63,156 bases of DNA, from the NCBI GenBank assembly GCA_000388065.2, contig KB932202.1; one strand, written 5' to 3'. Each line of letters begins with the position of its first letter. Position 1 is the first letter of the stretch. This document shows positions 1 through 12,000 of the stretch, one piece after another. A program made the translations under genes and the position numbers. This DNA is from Fonticula alba ATCC 38817 (lineage: Eukaryota > Protista > Nucleariida). A model generated the notes under the pieces. The model saw only the letters and a program-made list of their open reading frames with translations, did not search any database and was not told where the DNA came from.

Positions 1-22
1 CCTTGCGCCCCCTCCCACGCAG

Positions 23-2198
23 AGACCGTCTACGCCGCTCTGCCGGCCACCACTCGTGGCTTTGCCACCCACATGTTCTCCGGCACCACCCCCGGCCCCA
101 AGGGCTTCGGCCCGAATGTCGTGTACACCAACGGCCGGTCGGTGTTCATCCGTAACATCCAGGACCCGACCATCGCCGACCAGTACAGCGGCCATGCCCA
201 CAACACCACCGTCGCCGCGTACTCGCCCTCCGGCTACTACATCGCCTCTGCCGGTGCGTATCCCCCTTCCCCCCTTCCCCCCTCTCCCTCTCCGCCAAGC
301 CCCTCGCTCCTGCCACTCTTCCACTCACCCGGCTGCCCCCCCCCCCCCCCCGCGCCCCACCCCGACAGATGTCTCCGGTACCGTGCGCATTTGGGACACC
401 ACCCAGCGCGGGGAGAACCCCCTGAAGATCGAGCTCAAGGTCCTCGGTGGCGAGATCAAGGACCTGGCCTGGGATTCCGAGTCCAAGCGCATCATCGTCG
501 TCGGCCAGGGGTCCGAGCGCTTCGGCCACGCCTTCCTCTTCGACTCCGGCTCCTCGTGCGGTGAGATCTCCGGCCACAGCAAGGTGATCAACAGCTGTGC
601 CATCAAGCCCAGCCGCCCCTTCCGCGCGGTCACCGGGTCCGATGACTTCAATGTCAACTTCTTCGAGGGCCCCCCCTTCAAGTTCAAGCAGTCCAACCGC
701 GACCACACCCGGTTCGTCAACTGCGTGCGCTTCGCCCCGGATGGCAGCCTCTTTGCCTCGGTCGGGGCCGATTCCCAGATCCTGGTGTTCGACGGCCGTG
801 ATGGCTCGCTCGTCGGCAAGATGGACGAGGCCTCCGCCCACAAGGGCACCATCTACTCGCTGGCCTGGTCCCCCTGCTCCAAGGAGATCCTCACCGCTTC
901 CGGCGACCGGACTTGCAAGCTGTGGAATGTCGAGTCCCGCACCTGCATCGCCACCTTCACCATGGGCCCCAGCCCCAATGACCAGCAGGTTGGCTGCCTG
1001 ATCGACCCCGCCGGCCAGCTGCTGTCCCTCTCCCTGTCCGGCGCCATCAACTACCTGAACCGCGACCAGCCCGAGGGGCCGCCCCTGCGCGTGGTCAATG
1101 GCCACTCGCGCCCGGTCATGTCGCTGGCCTACATGCCGGAGTCCAACACCCTGGTGTCCGGCGACAACTCCGGCCATGTCATGCACTGGGATGTGGCCAC
1201 CGGTGCCAGCACCGTCGTCCTGCAGGCCGATGCCAAGCCCGGCCACAGCAACCAGGTGTCCTTCATCCTGGCCCAGGGGCCCACCCACGCGGTGTCCATC
1301 GGTCTCGATGACACCGTCCGCGCCGTGGAGGTCGAGAAGCCGGCCTTCGGGTATGTCCGCGGCGCATTCGGCGCCTCGCCCGCTTGTTTTCCCCCGGCTC
1401 CTGCTCCCTCGTGTCCCCCCCCCCTCCCCCGCCCACGCGCGATCCGCGCCTCTAACATTCTACTTCCCCCCTTGCCTGCCCCCGCCCCCCGCCCCCCTCA
1501 GCTCCGCGGTTCATGCTCTCCCCAGCCAGCCGACCGCCGCCGCCGCGCACCCCAACTTCTCGGTCATCGGCACCAACGACGGCATGCTGCACCTGCTGTC
1601 GGCTGCCGATGAGGGCCCCTTCCGCGTGCTGTCCTCCATCAATGCCAAGCTCCCCGGCACCGCGGTGGCCTCGCTGGCCATCTCCCCCTGCGGCACCGAG
1701 GTGGCCGCCGGCGCTTCCCAGAACGGCACCATCCACGTCTTCACCATCGAGGGCCAGTCGCTGCTCGTGGAGAAGCCGGCCTTCACCCTGGCCGACTCCA
1801 ACCGCGCGACCGTCAGCTCGCTGGCCTACTCGCCGGACGGCCTGTGGCTCGCTGCCGGTGACAGTGTCAACCAGGTGGTCGTGTACAAGCGCGACTCCTC
1901 CGGCTACACTTCCCAGGGCGAGGACTGGGTGTACCATGTGAGCCGCATCACCAGCCTGGCCTGGTCCTCGGACTCCAAGCACCTGGCCTCCGGCTCGGTC
2001 GACACCCACGTCTACGTCTGGCGCATCGGTGCCGATGGCAAGCCGTCCTCCAACAAGACCGCCCTCCTGCACAGCCACGTCGGCCAGGTGAGCGCCCTCG
2101 CCTGGATCGAGCCCAAGGGCAAGCCCGAGGGTGACGAGCTGCTGCTCGCTTCGGCCGGCCAGGATGGCTGTGTCAAGTTCTGGCCCGTGCCCATCTAA
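23..2198 (+). CDS. WDR1: WD-repeat actin-interacting protein 1 (5' partial; first exon lies upstream of the window)
   Basis: Exons 23-253, 369-1350 and 1526-2198 (introns GTGCGT..CAG 254-368 and GTATGT..CAG 1351-1525). The spliced protein has hallmark AIP1/WDR1 motifs: [81 protein letters not shown]. It ends in TAA at 2198. Confidence 0.95.
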
Positions 2199-5180
2199 GG
2201 GGTGACCCTTTCCGGGGGGGGGGGGGNNNNNNNNNNNNNNNNNNNNNNNNNNNNNNNNNNNNNNNNNNNNNNNNNNNNNNNNNNNNNNNNNNNNNNNNNN
2301 NNNNNNNNNNNNNNNNNNNNNNNNNNNNNNNNNNNNNNNNNNNNNNNNNNNNNNNNNNNNNNNNNNNNNNNNNNNNNNNNNNNNNNNNNNNNNNNNNNNN
2401 NNNNNNNNNNNNNNNNNNNNNNNNNNNNNNNNNNNNNNNNNNNNNGGGGGGGCGGGGGGGAGAGAGATGTGGATGGAAGGAAAAAAACTGTTTTCGCTCG
2501 GCCTTGCCGCGGCTCTTCTTCCCGGCAGACAGATCTCCGGCCTCTGTCCGGCTGGGGCACACACATGCGAGACCCACTTGCTTTTCGTGTGGCGGGGCCC
2601 CATGCGCCAGTCGGTTCCGGGGTGGTTCCTTTTTGTTTTTTGGCTGCACAAAATACATTTCTCACATTTTGCCATGAGGCGATTTGTGCCTTAGCAGCGC
2701 ATTCCCAAAGACCGAGGTTCTGGACCAGCAGCAAGGCCGGCGGCATGGTTGAAATATATGATCACGAGCCACGCGACAAGGCTCCGTAGGATTTAATTGT
2801 TTCCGAAGTGGTAAACTCAGATCCTGGGGGAGCCGTGGGGGATGGGTCCACTGTGGAGAGGAGGGGGGGGGGGAGGGCGCCCGGCGCTCAGCCAGGAGCA
2901 GTGGCGCGTAGCGATGATGGGCGGCAGCCGGGGCCTTTGGAGTGGGGTGGCCCTTTTCTCACTGCCCCCGTTCGCTCCGCGGCTCGTGTCTGTAACCCTT
3001 TCCAGCAGCTTGCGCTCTCCCTTGTCCGGGGCACCAAGCCCTCCGGCCCCGCCCCCGTCCTTCGGGGGGTGGCTACCGCGAGCTGAGTGTGTATTCCTGG
3101 GGGGGACACGATGGGGTCGTCCGCGGATCTTGCCGAGTCATCTCCCCGCCGGCGGTGTCTCTCTTGCTCTTTCTTGCTCACGCTCGCTTGCGGAAGCGAC
3201 ATCAAGCGTGAGGTCTCCCGCGGGCCGGGCTAGGGACAAGGGGAGAACGGACGGGTGGAGAGGCAGCGTTTGCTGCGTCTGGCGGCCTGTGCGGCGGGGG
3301 GCGGCCGGCGCGATTAACTGTTGTGGAATTTCCAGGCCCAGCGAGAATCAGCATCGGGGGGGGGGGGGGGCGGATCTTATCTCCGGCCCCAGTGGAGGCG
3401 GCTTTCTGGTCGGCATTTGAGGGGCTCAACTCAAGGGCCCTATCAAGGGAGGAGGAGGGGGGGGGGGGGGGGCGAGAAAGGCTTCTGCCACCTCATGAGC
3501 TAGCGGGCGCGGCCTGGGACACGCCGGGTCCTGGGGAGTCCAGGCGCCCCGCCGGCGCCCAGACCCTACTCCGGGCCGCCTGCGGGGGGGGGGGGGACAG
3601 AGCATGACCAGGCCCCGGCTCGGAAAACGAGAGAGAGTGAGAGATCGCCCGTTCCCCTCGCCCTCTTTTCAGGTGCGGCGATCCTCCCGGCGACGGATGG
3701 GGGGGGGGGGCGCCCACCTGCGCCCATGTGCCCGGGGCCGGCGCAATCATCCATCTGACAGGGCTACACATGGCCCCGGTGGGGCCGGCTTGTTGGCTCG
3801 GGCCTGTCTGCGGGGGACCGCACCCGACCGCGCCCGACCTCCCCGGGAGAGACTATTTCCGAGCCAGGGGGGCTGGGGGGGGGGTGAACTTTGTGGGGCC
3901 ATGTGGGGGTGCGGTATCTCCTGGGCCCAGGTGCCTCCAGCCCCCCTCCCCCGGAGATTCGGAGGCGCACGGCTCGAGGGGGGGGGGGGGGAGATGTTCG
4001 CTTCGGTATATTGGGCCGTGCCGACGGCTGTGGTCAGGCAATATCCGCGAAAATGAGGCCTGCTGGGGAAAGAGCAGGAGGCTGCATTCACGCGTGTGCC
4101 CTGTCTCTCGGGCAGCGTGAGGCGGCTCCCGCAGCAGAGGGGAGAACGACAACCGGAGGGGCAGGGCGGGGAGCTGGGGCGACCTTCGGGCGGTTAATGT
4201 TATGTACATCAGGGAGGCCCGGCTCGGAGAGAACGCTGCTCCTGTCCTTTCACGCTCTGCCAGCCCCCGGCTTGGGGATGCCTTCATGCGTGCCAGCGGG
4301 GGAGGGGGGGGGGGGCGAGGCGAGAGGGACCCGGTCGGAGGGGGGCGGGGAGGGACAGGCAGGCCGTGGGGCAAGGGCAGCGCATCCGCAAGCGGACGAC
4401 GGCAACGTGCTGAGGCTGGCTCCCTGTCCTCGCCGCGACCCGGCCTGATGTTCGAGTTTTCCTCCCCCGGCCCTGTGTCTGAATAGGGGCGCGTTCCTCT
4501 CCCCCCTGGCCCCTGCAGGGGTGGACATTCCCCCCGTCCGCCCCCGCCAGTTCCGTCAACTGGTGAGCCGGGCCCCAGCTCCAGGCGTTGGGCGCGGAGG
4601 CTCTGGTGGCAATCGGGGACCTCGGGGGCACCGCACGCCTCTACACTGGTGCAGGCTTTTTTGAGGGGGGGACCTCCCGGTACGTGCTGCCACGCGCCGC
4701 CGGGGCTCTCCGGTGAACGCCGAGGCCAAGCCGGGGGGGTCTGGCCTACACTGGCCGGCGTGTCCCTCCGCCGGGGACAAGAGGGGGGGGGGGGAGCGGC
4801 GGCGGGCGGCGGCGAGACAGAGCCACCCCCCCTGGGCGGCGTCTCGAGGGAACGAAAGAAGGGGGGCAGGGGACTCGAAACATGCAAATAACCTCGAGAT
4901 GAGCGTTTCAGAGGGCTCCGGGCGGCGTGTTGGGATGAGCGTGGATTCCTCCCCCGGCCGGGCTCCGCCCGGGCCTCGGGTCGAGGATGGGGCTTTTCGT
5001 CAGCGGGGGGGAATGCGCCGGAGTGAGTGATTCGGAGGGGCGCACAAAATTGGCATCTGGCAATCCGATTTACCCGTCTCCCGGCTCCGGCTCGTCGCCG
5101 CCCTGCGGCCTCGCTCCGGCGCTCGGCCAGTGTGTTGCCGGTCCGTGCACGCCCCCAAGACCGCGTGCCAACATCAGCAT

Positions 5181-5183
<3 letters not shown>

Positions 5184-5219
<36 letters not shown>
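5184..5219 (+). repeat. (CAG)12 trinucleotide microsatellite
   Basis: Read directly from the sequence. Confidence 0.95.
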
Positions 5220-5220
<1 letters not shown>

Positions 5221-7933
5221 GACATCCTGGCGGGTCTGGGCCCGGGGCGACGCCGGTCGGGTGCGCCTTCTCCCCGGCCCGCCTCACGCCTCCTCACCCC
5301 GGCGAGGAAAAAAGAGGCGGACACAGCTGCCCGGCCCACGAGGGGGCCTGCAGAGGGGGTGCACATGCAGCCGGCGCCCGGCCTCCTCTCGCCCCATACG
5401 AGGGCCTCTTTCAAGGGCACCCAGGATGGTGAGCTCGCCAGCGGCCGGGACCCAACCCGGCGCTCGTGGTGGCCAGGCGCCGTGGCTCTTGGGTGCGTTC
5501 CTCGACAGCTCGGCGCCCGTTGGTCAGGGCTGATCCCACCCGTCGGAGAGGAGCGGGAGCTTCGGTATCCTGGTGCCTTCGCATCCGCCCCCCCCCCCCC
5601 CGCCCCCGCATCCGCCCATCCCCCGGCTCCATCCGTTCCCATCTTGCGGCGCCTTTTCCCTGGGTCCGCTCCCGGGCGCGGCGCCTGTCCTCGGCCGGGG
5701 AACGGCGCGGGCTGGGCCGGGGGGCGCCATGGAGCGCGACGCGCTGCCGCCCAGGCCAGGCCGTTGGCGGGCGGGCGTCCCCTCTCCGCTGACCCGCTGG
5801 CACATTCCTCGCGGCCGTCGGGCCAGGCGCCGGCGCATGGGGCCTGGCCGCGCCAGACGCGGCAACCAGCCGCTTGCGCCGGGCTCCCTCCCGTGCGGCA
5901 CCCGGCGCGCGCGTCCTGCCGCTGCCGCCGGCGGCGAGATCTCGCCCGGCCGGGCTTCCCGGCGGGAGCCCGTCGCGTCTCGGCCGTCACCGGCGCGCGC
6001 GCCATCTGCTGCTGGCTCCGAAAGGGAGGGCTGAGCTGGCGGCCGTTTTGGCGACCGGCGGGGAATGCCGGCCGAAAAGGGGCCGCCGCCCAGGCGCAGC
6101 CGGAGATCCTCCCCCCCCCCCCTTCGGGCCCGCAACCTGCTTATGTGCCGTTGGTGTCGCCCCGCCTCCTCGGCCCCCCGGCTGCCGGGAGGGCGGCGGG
6201 GCATGTCAGTGGTGGCTTTCGACTCCGTCTGGGTGGCTGCGCCCGGGGCACCGGGAGAGGGGGCCCCCTCCGGCGGGGAAAGGGAGGGAGAGCTGGCCTG
6301 AGGGTGGACCGGGAGGGGGTAGGGGGTGGATGGATGGTACTCACCGTTCGGACGAACGAATCAGGGGGAGGGCGGGGACGGAAAGAAAAGGGAGCTGAAG
6401 TGGAAGACGGACGCGCGCGCGCGTGCGATGCTGTACAGGAACGGCGTAGCCACACAGGGGGGCGGGGAGGTGGGGGGGGCGGGGAAAGGGAGGGAGAGGG
6501 GGTTCAGAGGGGCCCTCGAGGTCCGTGGGGAAGGCCCGGGGGGCGGGGGAAGATGGGGGCGGGGGACCGGGAGGGGGAGGTGGGGTGGCGGCGGAGAGGC
6601 GAGGGGAGGCGAGGGGAGGGGAATTCTGACGATAGTCCGGAAATGGGGGGTGATGCCGCGAGGGCCCCTTTTGGGCTCCTGCCTGGGGGCCGGGGGATGC
6701 GGGAGAAGATTTGGTATTTCACCGCCGGCGGCCGGCTGCAAGTGGTATGTGTGTATGTGTTGTCGGTGCGCCGTGCATCCGGGCGNNNNNNNNNNNNNNN
6801 NNNNNNNNNNNNNNNNNNNNNNNNNNNNNNNGGGGGGGAGGAATAATAACAAACGCCGAGTCCGGTGCGCGGCGCGTCGGAGGGCCCTCGCATGCGGGCT
6901 TGCCTCGCCGGGCAATGAGAGCAACGCAACGGGGGAGGACGCCGGTGCCTGGCCTGGCGGGCGCAGGTTTCACGGCCCCAAGCGCCCGGGGGGGCGGGGG
7001 GGGGGGGGGCGCGAGGAGAGCAACCCATTGCTTTCCCTTGTGGCGCGTGCCCCGCCCGGCTGCCGGTCTGGGTCAGGGGATACCAGGCCCCAAACGCACG
7101 AAGGCCCCCCCTCCCCCCTCTCTCGGAGCCCTGTGTGCAGCAGCAGCAGCAGGAGCCTGACGGAGGGATGCGCCTTCTCACGCGCGCGTACGTGCGCGCG
7201 AGCAGCCGCACACACACGCACACAAAAGCGCGTCTCCATCCGTGCCCCCCCGGCCAGGCGGCGCCCTACCCCGATGACTGGCATTCCGCAGTCACCTCCC
7301 TTTCCCAAGGGGAGAGGGGGCCGAAAGATGCAAGAATGCCAGGGTGCCGGACACGGGGGAGGGGGGGAACGGGGGCGGCAGAGGGGCTCTTCGATCGTGG
7401 CTGCCCCCCCCCGCGCCCCCCCGCCCCCCGCGCCCGCACACGCCCGGGCCAGCCGGGCATACACGGGGCGCCGAGATGTAGGGGGGAAGTCATGTGTGTG
7501 AAAGGAAGCACCGGGGCGCCCTCGCACACCGGTGCGACCTGGCAACTGTGCGGCTCATGCCGACCAAAATGGCGGGCGGAACCAAAGGGGAAGGGCGCTG
7601 ATCTGGCCTCCCAACCGCGGCCAGCTGTGTTTATCTCGGAGCGGACAGGGCCGCTCACACTCCGGCTGGTGTCTGGGCGGTGAGGGGCCGGGCCCGGGCC
7701 CGGGGGGGGGGGGACCGGGGACCGGGACCCGGGGACCGGGGGGGACGGGGCCCGGGGGTGCCGCCGGGGGGTTGTGGGGGCGGTGATGTGCCAGGCATGC
7801 CTGGCGCCGGGAACGGCGGGTTGTCCCCGCTCTACTGGCCCCAAAGGCGGGACCCGCACGCGCACCCCTCGGTGGTGCGCAGACGAGATGTGTGCGGATA
7901 GAATCTACATCCTCCTCCAGGCCCCGAGGGGAA

Positions 7934-8023
<90 letters not shown>
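7934..8023 (+). repeat. Poly-G homopolymer of about 90 nt
   Basis: An uninterrupted G run followed by (GA)n. Confidence 0.85.
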
Positions 8024-8025
<2 letters not shown>

Positions 8026-9007
8026 GCCGCAGGCGGGCAAGACAGAGAGAGAGAGAGAGAGACAGAGAGAAAGAGTGAGGACGATGCGAAGGGACGGAGC
8101 CGAAGGTCGGGCGAATGGGCCTCTGGCCGCTGGCGGCCGGATACCGGTTAGACATTTTTCGCCTCGCGCCGCCCGGACCCGTCCCGACCACCCCGCGCCA
8201 CACCCTCTCTGGGCCACCCTCACCATTCCTCGCCTTTTCGCCTGCTCCCTCGCCTCGACCATCACCCTCCCCCTGTCCGTCCTTCCCTTCTCCCCGCCGC
8301 GCAGGCGCATGCATTTTCCCTTGCTGCCCCCCCCCCCCGCTTCACCGCGCCCTTCTGTGGCATTTTTTTCCTCCCCTCCGCCAGATCTGTTTCCCTTCGC
8401 CCGCCCCTCTCGCCACAAGCCGACTCCCTCCTGCCATCCCGCCCGTCGGACCCGTTCCGACTGACTCGCAGCCCCTCTTCGCCCCCTCCCCCCCCCCGTT
8501 CCTTCACCCGCGCACGCACGCGCGCCCGGCCTTGTCCAACAGCGACTCCGATCTTCCTCCCCCCCCCTCATCTCGGCGCCCCAAAGGCAAGCCCGCTTTT
8601 CTGCCTCCTCGCCACCCACTGCACCGCCTGAGCCAGTGCGTGGTGGCAACAGAAGGCCCTGCTGCGCGTCTGCCTGCACCTGTTGCGAGCGCCCCTTTCC
8701 TCCGTATTGTTTGCCTCTGCGTCGCACACGCTCCCCGTGTGAAGGACATCTCTCTGCCCCCCCCCCTCCCCCCTGCGGACGCGCCCCNNNNNNNNNNNNN
8801 NNNNNNNNNNNNNNNNNNNNNNNNNNNNNNNNNNNNNNNNNNNNNNNNNNNNNNNNNNNNNNNNNNNNNNNNNNNNNNNNNNNNNNNNNNNNNNNNNNNN
8901 NNNNNNNNNNNNNNNNNNCCCCCCCTCCGCGCCCAATGCGACAGAGCGAGGGCAAGAGGGGAAAAAGCCCCCGACAAAAGGCTGGAGCATACGGCATCCA
9001 ATTAACC

Positions 9008-12000
9008 ATGCGACCCACCCCCCTGGCGCCCGCTCCTCCCTTGCAATTGCAGCGGCCCGCATCGTCACCGCACGTGTCCCCATCGCCACCGAGCATGGCC
9101 ACCCAGACCGTTGCCACTCCCACAAGCCCCCTGCCCGACTTGATTGTGGACACTTCCTTTGTCAGTGGTGGCGGCCCGGTGACCCCAAGCGGCCATCGGC
9201 ACGGCGTGGGTTCCCCTCGCCCGGAAGATCGATTCCCCCAATCCATGTTGTCCTCTCCCTCCATGCCGTCCCCTTTCACGGCCCAGACTTCGCCTCTCAG
9301 GTACTTCACATATGCCCCCCCCCCCCCCTCCCTCCGTCGCATCTTGGGGGCACCCACGATCGCGTGCTGCCTCCCCCTCTCTCCTCCATCGCCCTTAGTC
9401 GAGTGCTCTGTCCCTCCCCCACGCCCTGGGCATATTTGGCGTACATGTGGCCCTCCCCCACACACGATTCAACATTCCCGTGATCACGCTCGAAGTCCAC
9501 TCTGGTCAACGAGTCTGCTCGGCATGCTGATCGAGGCCGATCGGGCGCACAGTTGGCCCTCTGCCACTCTGGGCCCCAGCCCCGGGTGGTCCTTTTGATC
9601 CACACTCGATCTGTCGCCCCCCCCCCCCCCCCCCCCCCCTCCTCCTCCTCTCGATCCTCCGTCGACGGCCCCGGTTTTGCACTTGGGCGCCCCCCCTATT
9701 CTCCATCCTCCCATCCTCCCCCCCCCCCCCCCTTGTGGCGGCCGTGCATATTCACGATAGCCGAGAGAAAGAGAGAAAGCGGGATGGTCAGCATGCCCGA
9801 AAGCCTGTCGTCTCCCCTGTCCCCGGAAGCCCAAGCCCCCGTGCCTCGGATCCCGAAGGGGGAGTCCTCGCTGACACGCATCCGGAATCGGTCCCTCTCG
9901 ATTCTATTCCCGGAGCTGGTCGCGTCGGCGCCCCCGGAGCAGCAGCCAGCCCCCCCAGGGGTCGCTCGGAGCCGGAGCTCCGGCAGTCGGCACGCTGACC
10001 GGCGCCTTGGCCCTGGGCCCGGGCACTTCGCCTCGTCCAGTGACGGGCGAGTGATGTCGGCATTCGATCCGCCACCGCTCTGGCACCGCCGGCATCTTCT
10101 GCCGCCGGCCCAGGGGGGTGGCCCCGGCATCGAGGAGGACACCACTCCGACCCTGGTGGTCCATGACGTGGATGATCCCTCGCCGGCGACCCCGCTGCCG
10201 CCACTGCTCCCGGTGGCCAGCGACACTTGGTCGCCCCCCAGGCCGGCGGCCGGCAGCCGGTCTTCGCTGTTCCATACCTCTCCGCCCTCCTCTGCGGGGA
10301 ATCCCGCCCGCAACGGGCTTCTTTGGCCCGGGGCGGATCGTCCCTCGGCTGCGCCCACCCCCTCCCCGCGCCCCGTCACCCCGGAGATCTCTCCTGACCA
10401 GGCGTCGCACCGGCCACATGGTGATGGCCCCCACCAGCACCGCCGGCGGAGCAGTGGCGGCAAGGCCAGCCAGCCCCTCCCTCCTCCCCTTTCCTCCGCC
10501 TCCTCGCCCCTTCCCTCCCCCTCCCGCTCCTCCTCCTGTGCACACTGTCTGCAGCACTTCGCCCTTTGCGAGTGTGCCGTCGCGTTCGTCCCCTCTTCTC
10601 CTCTCTTTCCCCCCTCCCCCCTGCCGGCCGTGTCCACCCGCCTAACTCTCCCCCCTCCTCCTCCTCCGGCCGCCAAATGCAGCACCTCGTCGCCGAATGC
10701 CAGTCTCGTGTACCTGGCGTCCGATTTGGACCCCGAGCAGGTGGTCGCCCTCCGGCAATGGGCCCATTCGAAGCTGCTGGCCCTGACCGGTGTCGACCTG
10801 TCATTCGAGTGTGACCGGTCCGCACGCTCGACCGGCAACGGCCAAGCTGCGGCCGGCACCAAGCAGCGCTTCACCACCAACCTCAAACGTTTCTTCCGGT
10901 CGCGCAAGAGCCAAGACGCCCAGTCGCCGCTCCCGGGCGGAGTGGCCACCGGCGGCGGTGCTGGTCACCCTTCGGCCGGCCAGCCGACCGGGTATCCCCC
11001 CCTGCCGGCCGGTGCCGGCGGGCACCTGGCCACCCCGGGCACCCCGACCGGCACGCCGGAACGCCGCGGCCTCACTCGGGGATCTTCCCAATCCTCGGCC
11101 GCGGTGGATCGCCTCTCTTCGGACCACACGTCCTATGGCGCTGGGCCGGATGGCAGCGGCCCGGCCGGGCGGCCGTCCATGGATGGCGATGAGCGGTTCT
11201 TTTCGACGTCGGTGGCGCGGGCCACGGCCCTTTGGGGGGTGTCCTTCTCCCCGCGGCGGCTGTTCATCCCGCATCCCATCCGGTCGCTCTTTACCTTCCT
11301 CTATCGCAATGATCGCATCGGCCAGGATGGCCTGTTCCGGATCAATGGCAGCCAGCGCCGCATCCAGGACCTGAAGCGCATCCTGGACGAGAACCCGATG
11401 GCCGACCTGTCCACCATCCGCCTGCCGAATGGCTGCCTCTCGGCCAATGATGTGGCCTCCTTGATTAAGTCCTACTTCAGTAGCCAGGCCGAGCCGCTGC
11501 TGACCAACCAGTTTGAGCGCATTTGCGAGTTCATCGCCGCCGAGGACAGCCACTCCCCGCGCGCCCTGCAAGCCATGCAGTATGTGTTCATGACCCTGCC
11601 GGCGGCAAGCCGGGATCTCTTTGAGGCCCTGCTGCGACTGCTGCACACGGTGGCCTCGGCCGATGGCATGATGAATGCCTCGAACCTGGCGCTGGTCTTT
11701 GCCCCGTGCTTCCTGTCGGCGGCGTCGGCCATGGATTTGCATGTCCATCGGATTGTGGTGGAGACCACCACGGCCATGATTTCCCGCACGGAAGAGGTGT
11801 GCACCATCCTTCCCTGGGTGCTGGACCAGGCGCCGGATTTGGTGCCCAGCCAGCTGGGCGAGGCCCTTGACGAGGGCGCCTCGGCCTCCGGCGGGGGGGT
11901 TGGTGGCGGCGGTCCCGCCGGGTCAGGCAGCAGCCGCACCCCGTCCATCTCCATCCCGAGCCCGGCGTCGTTGTTGCTTTCGTCCTCCTCCTTCAGCCAG

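Noticed and set aside
4987-6846. 619-aa ORF
   Set aside because: It has a non-ATG start, Arg/Gly/Pro-rich composition typical of non-coding GC-rich DNA, runs into a gap, and has no domain.
9553-9783. N-terminus of the listed 1363-aa ORF
   Set aside because: It starts at TTG immediately after an acceptor AG and reads through a poly-C intron-like stretch. The spliced model from ATG 9008 fits better.
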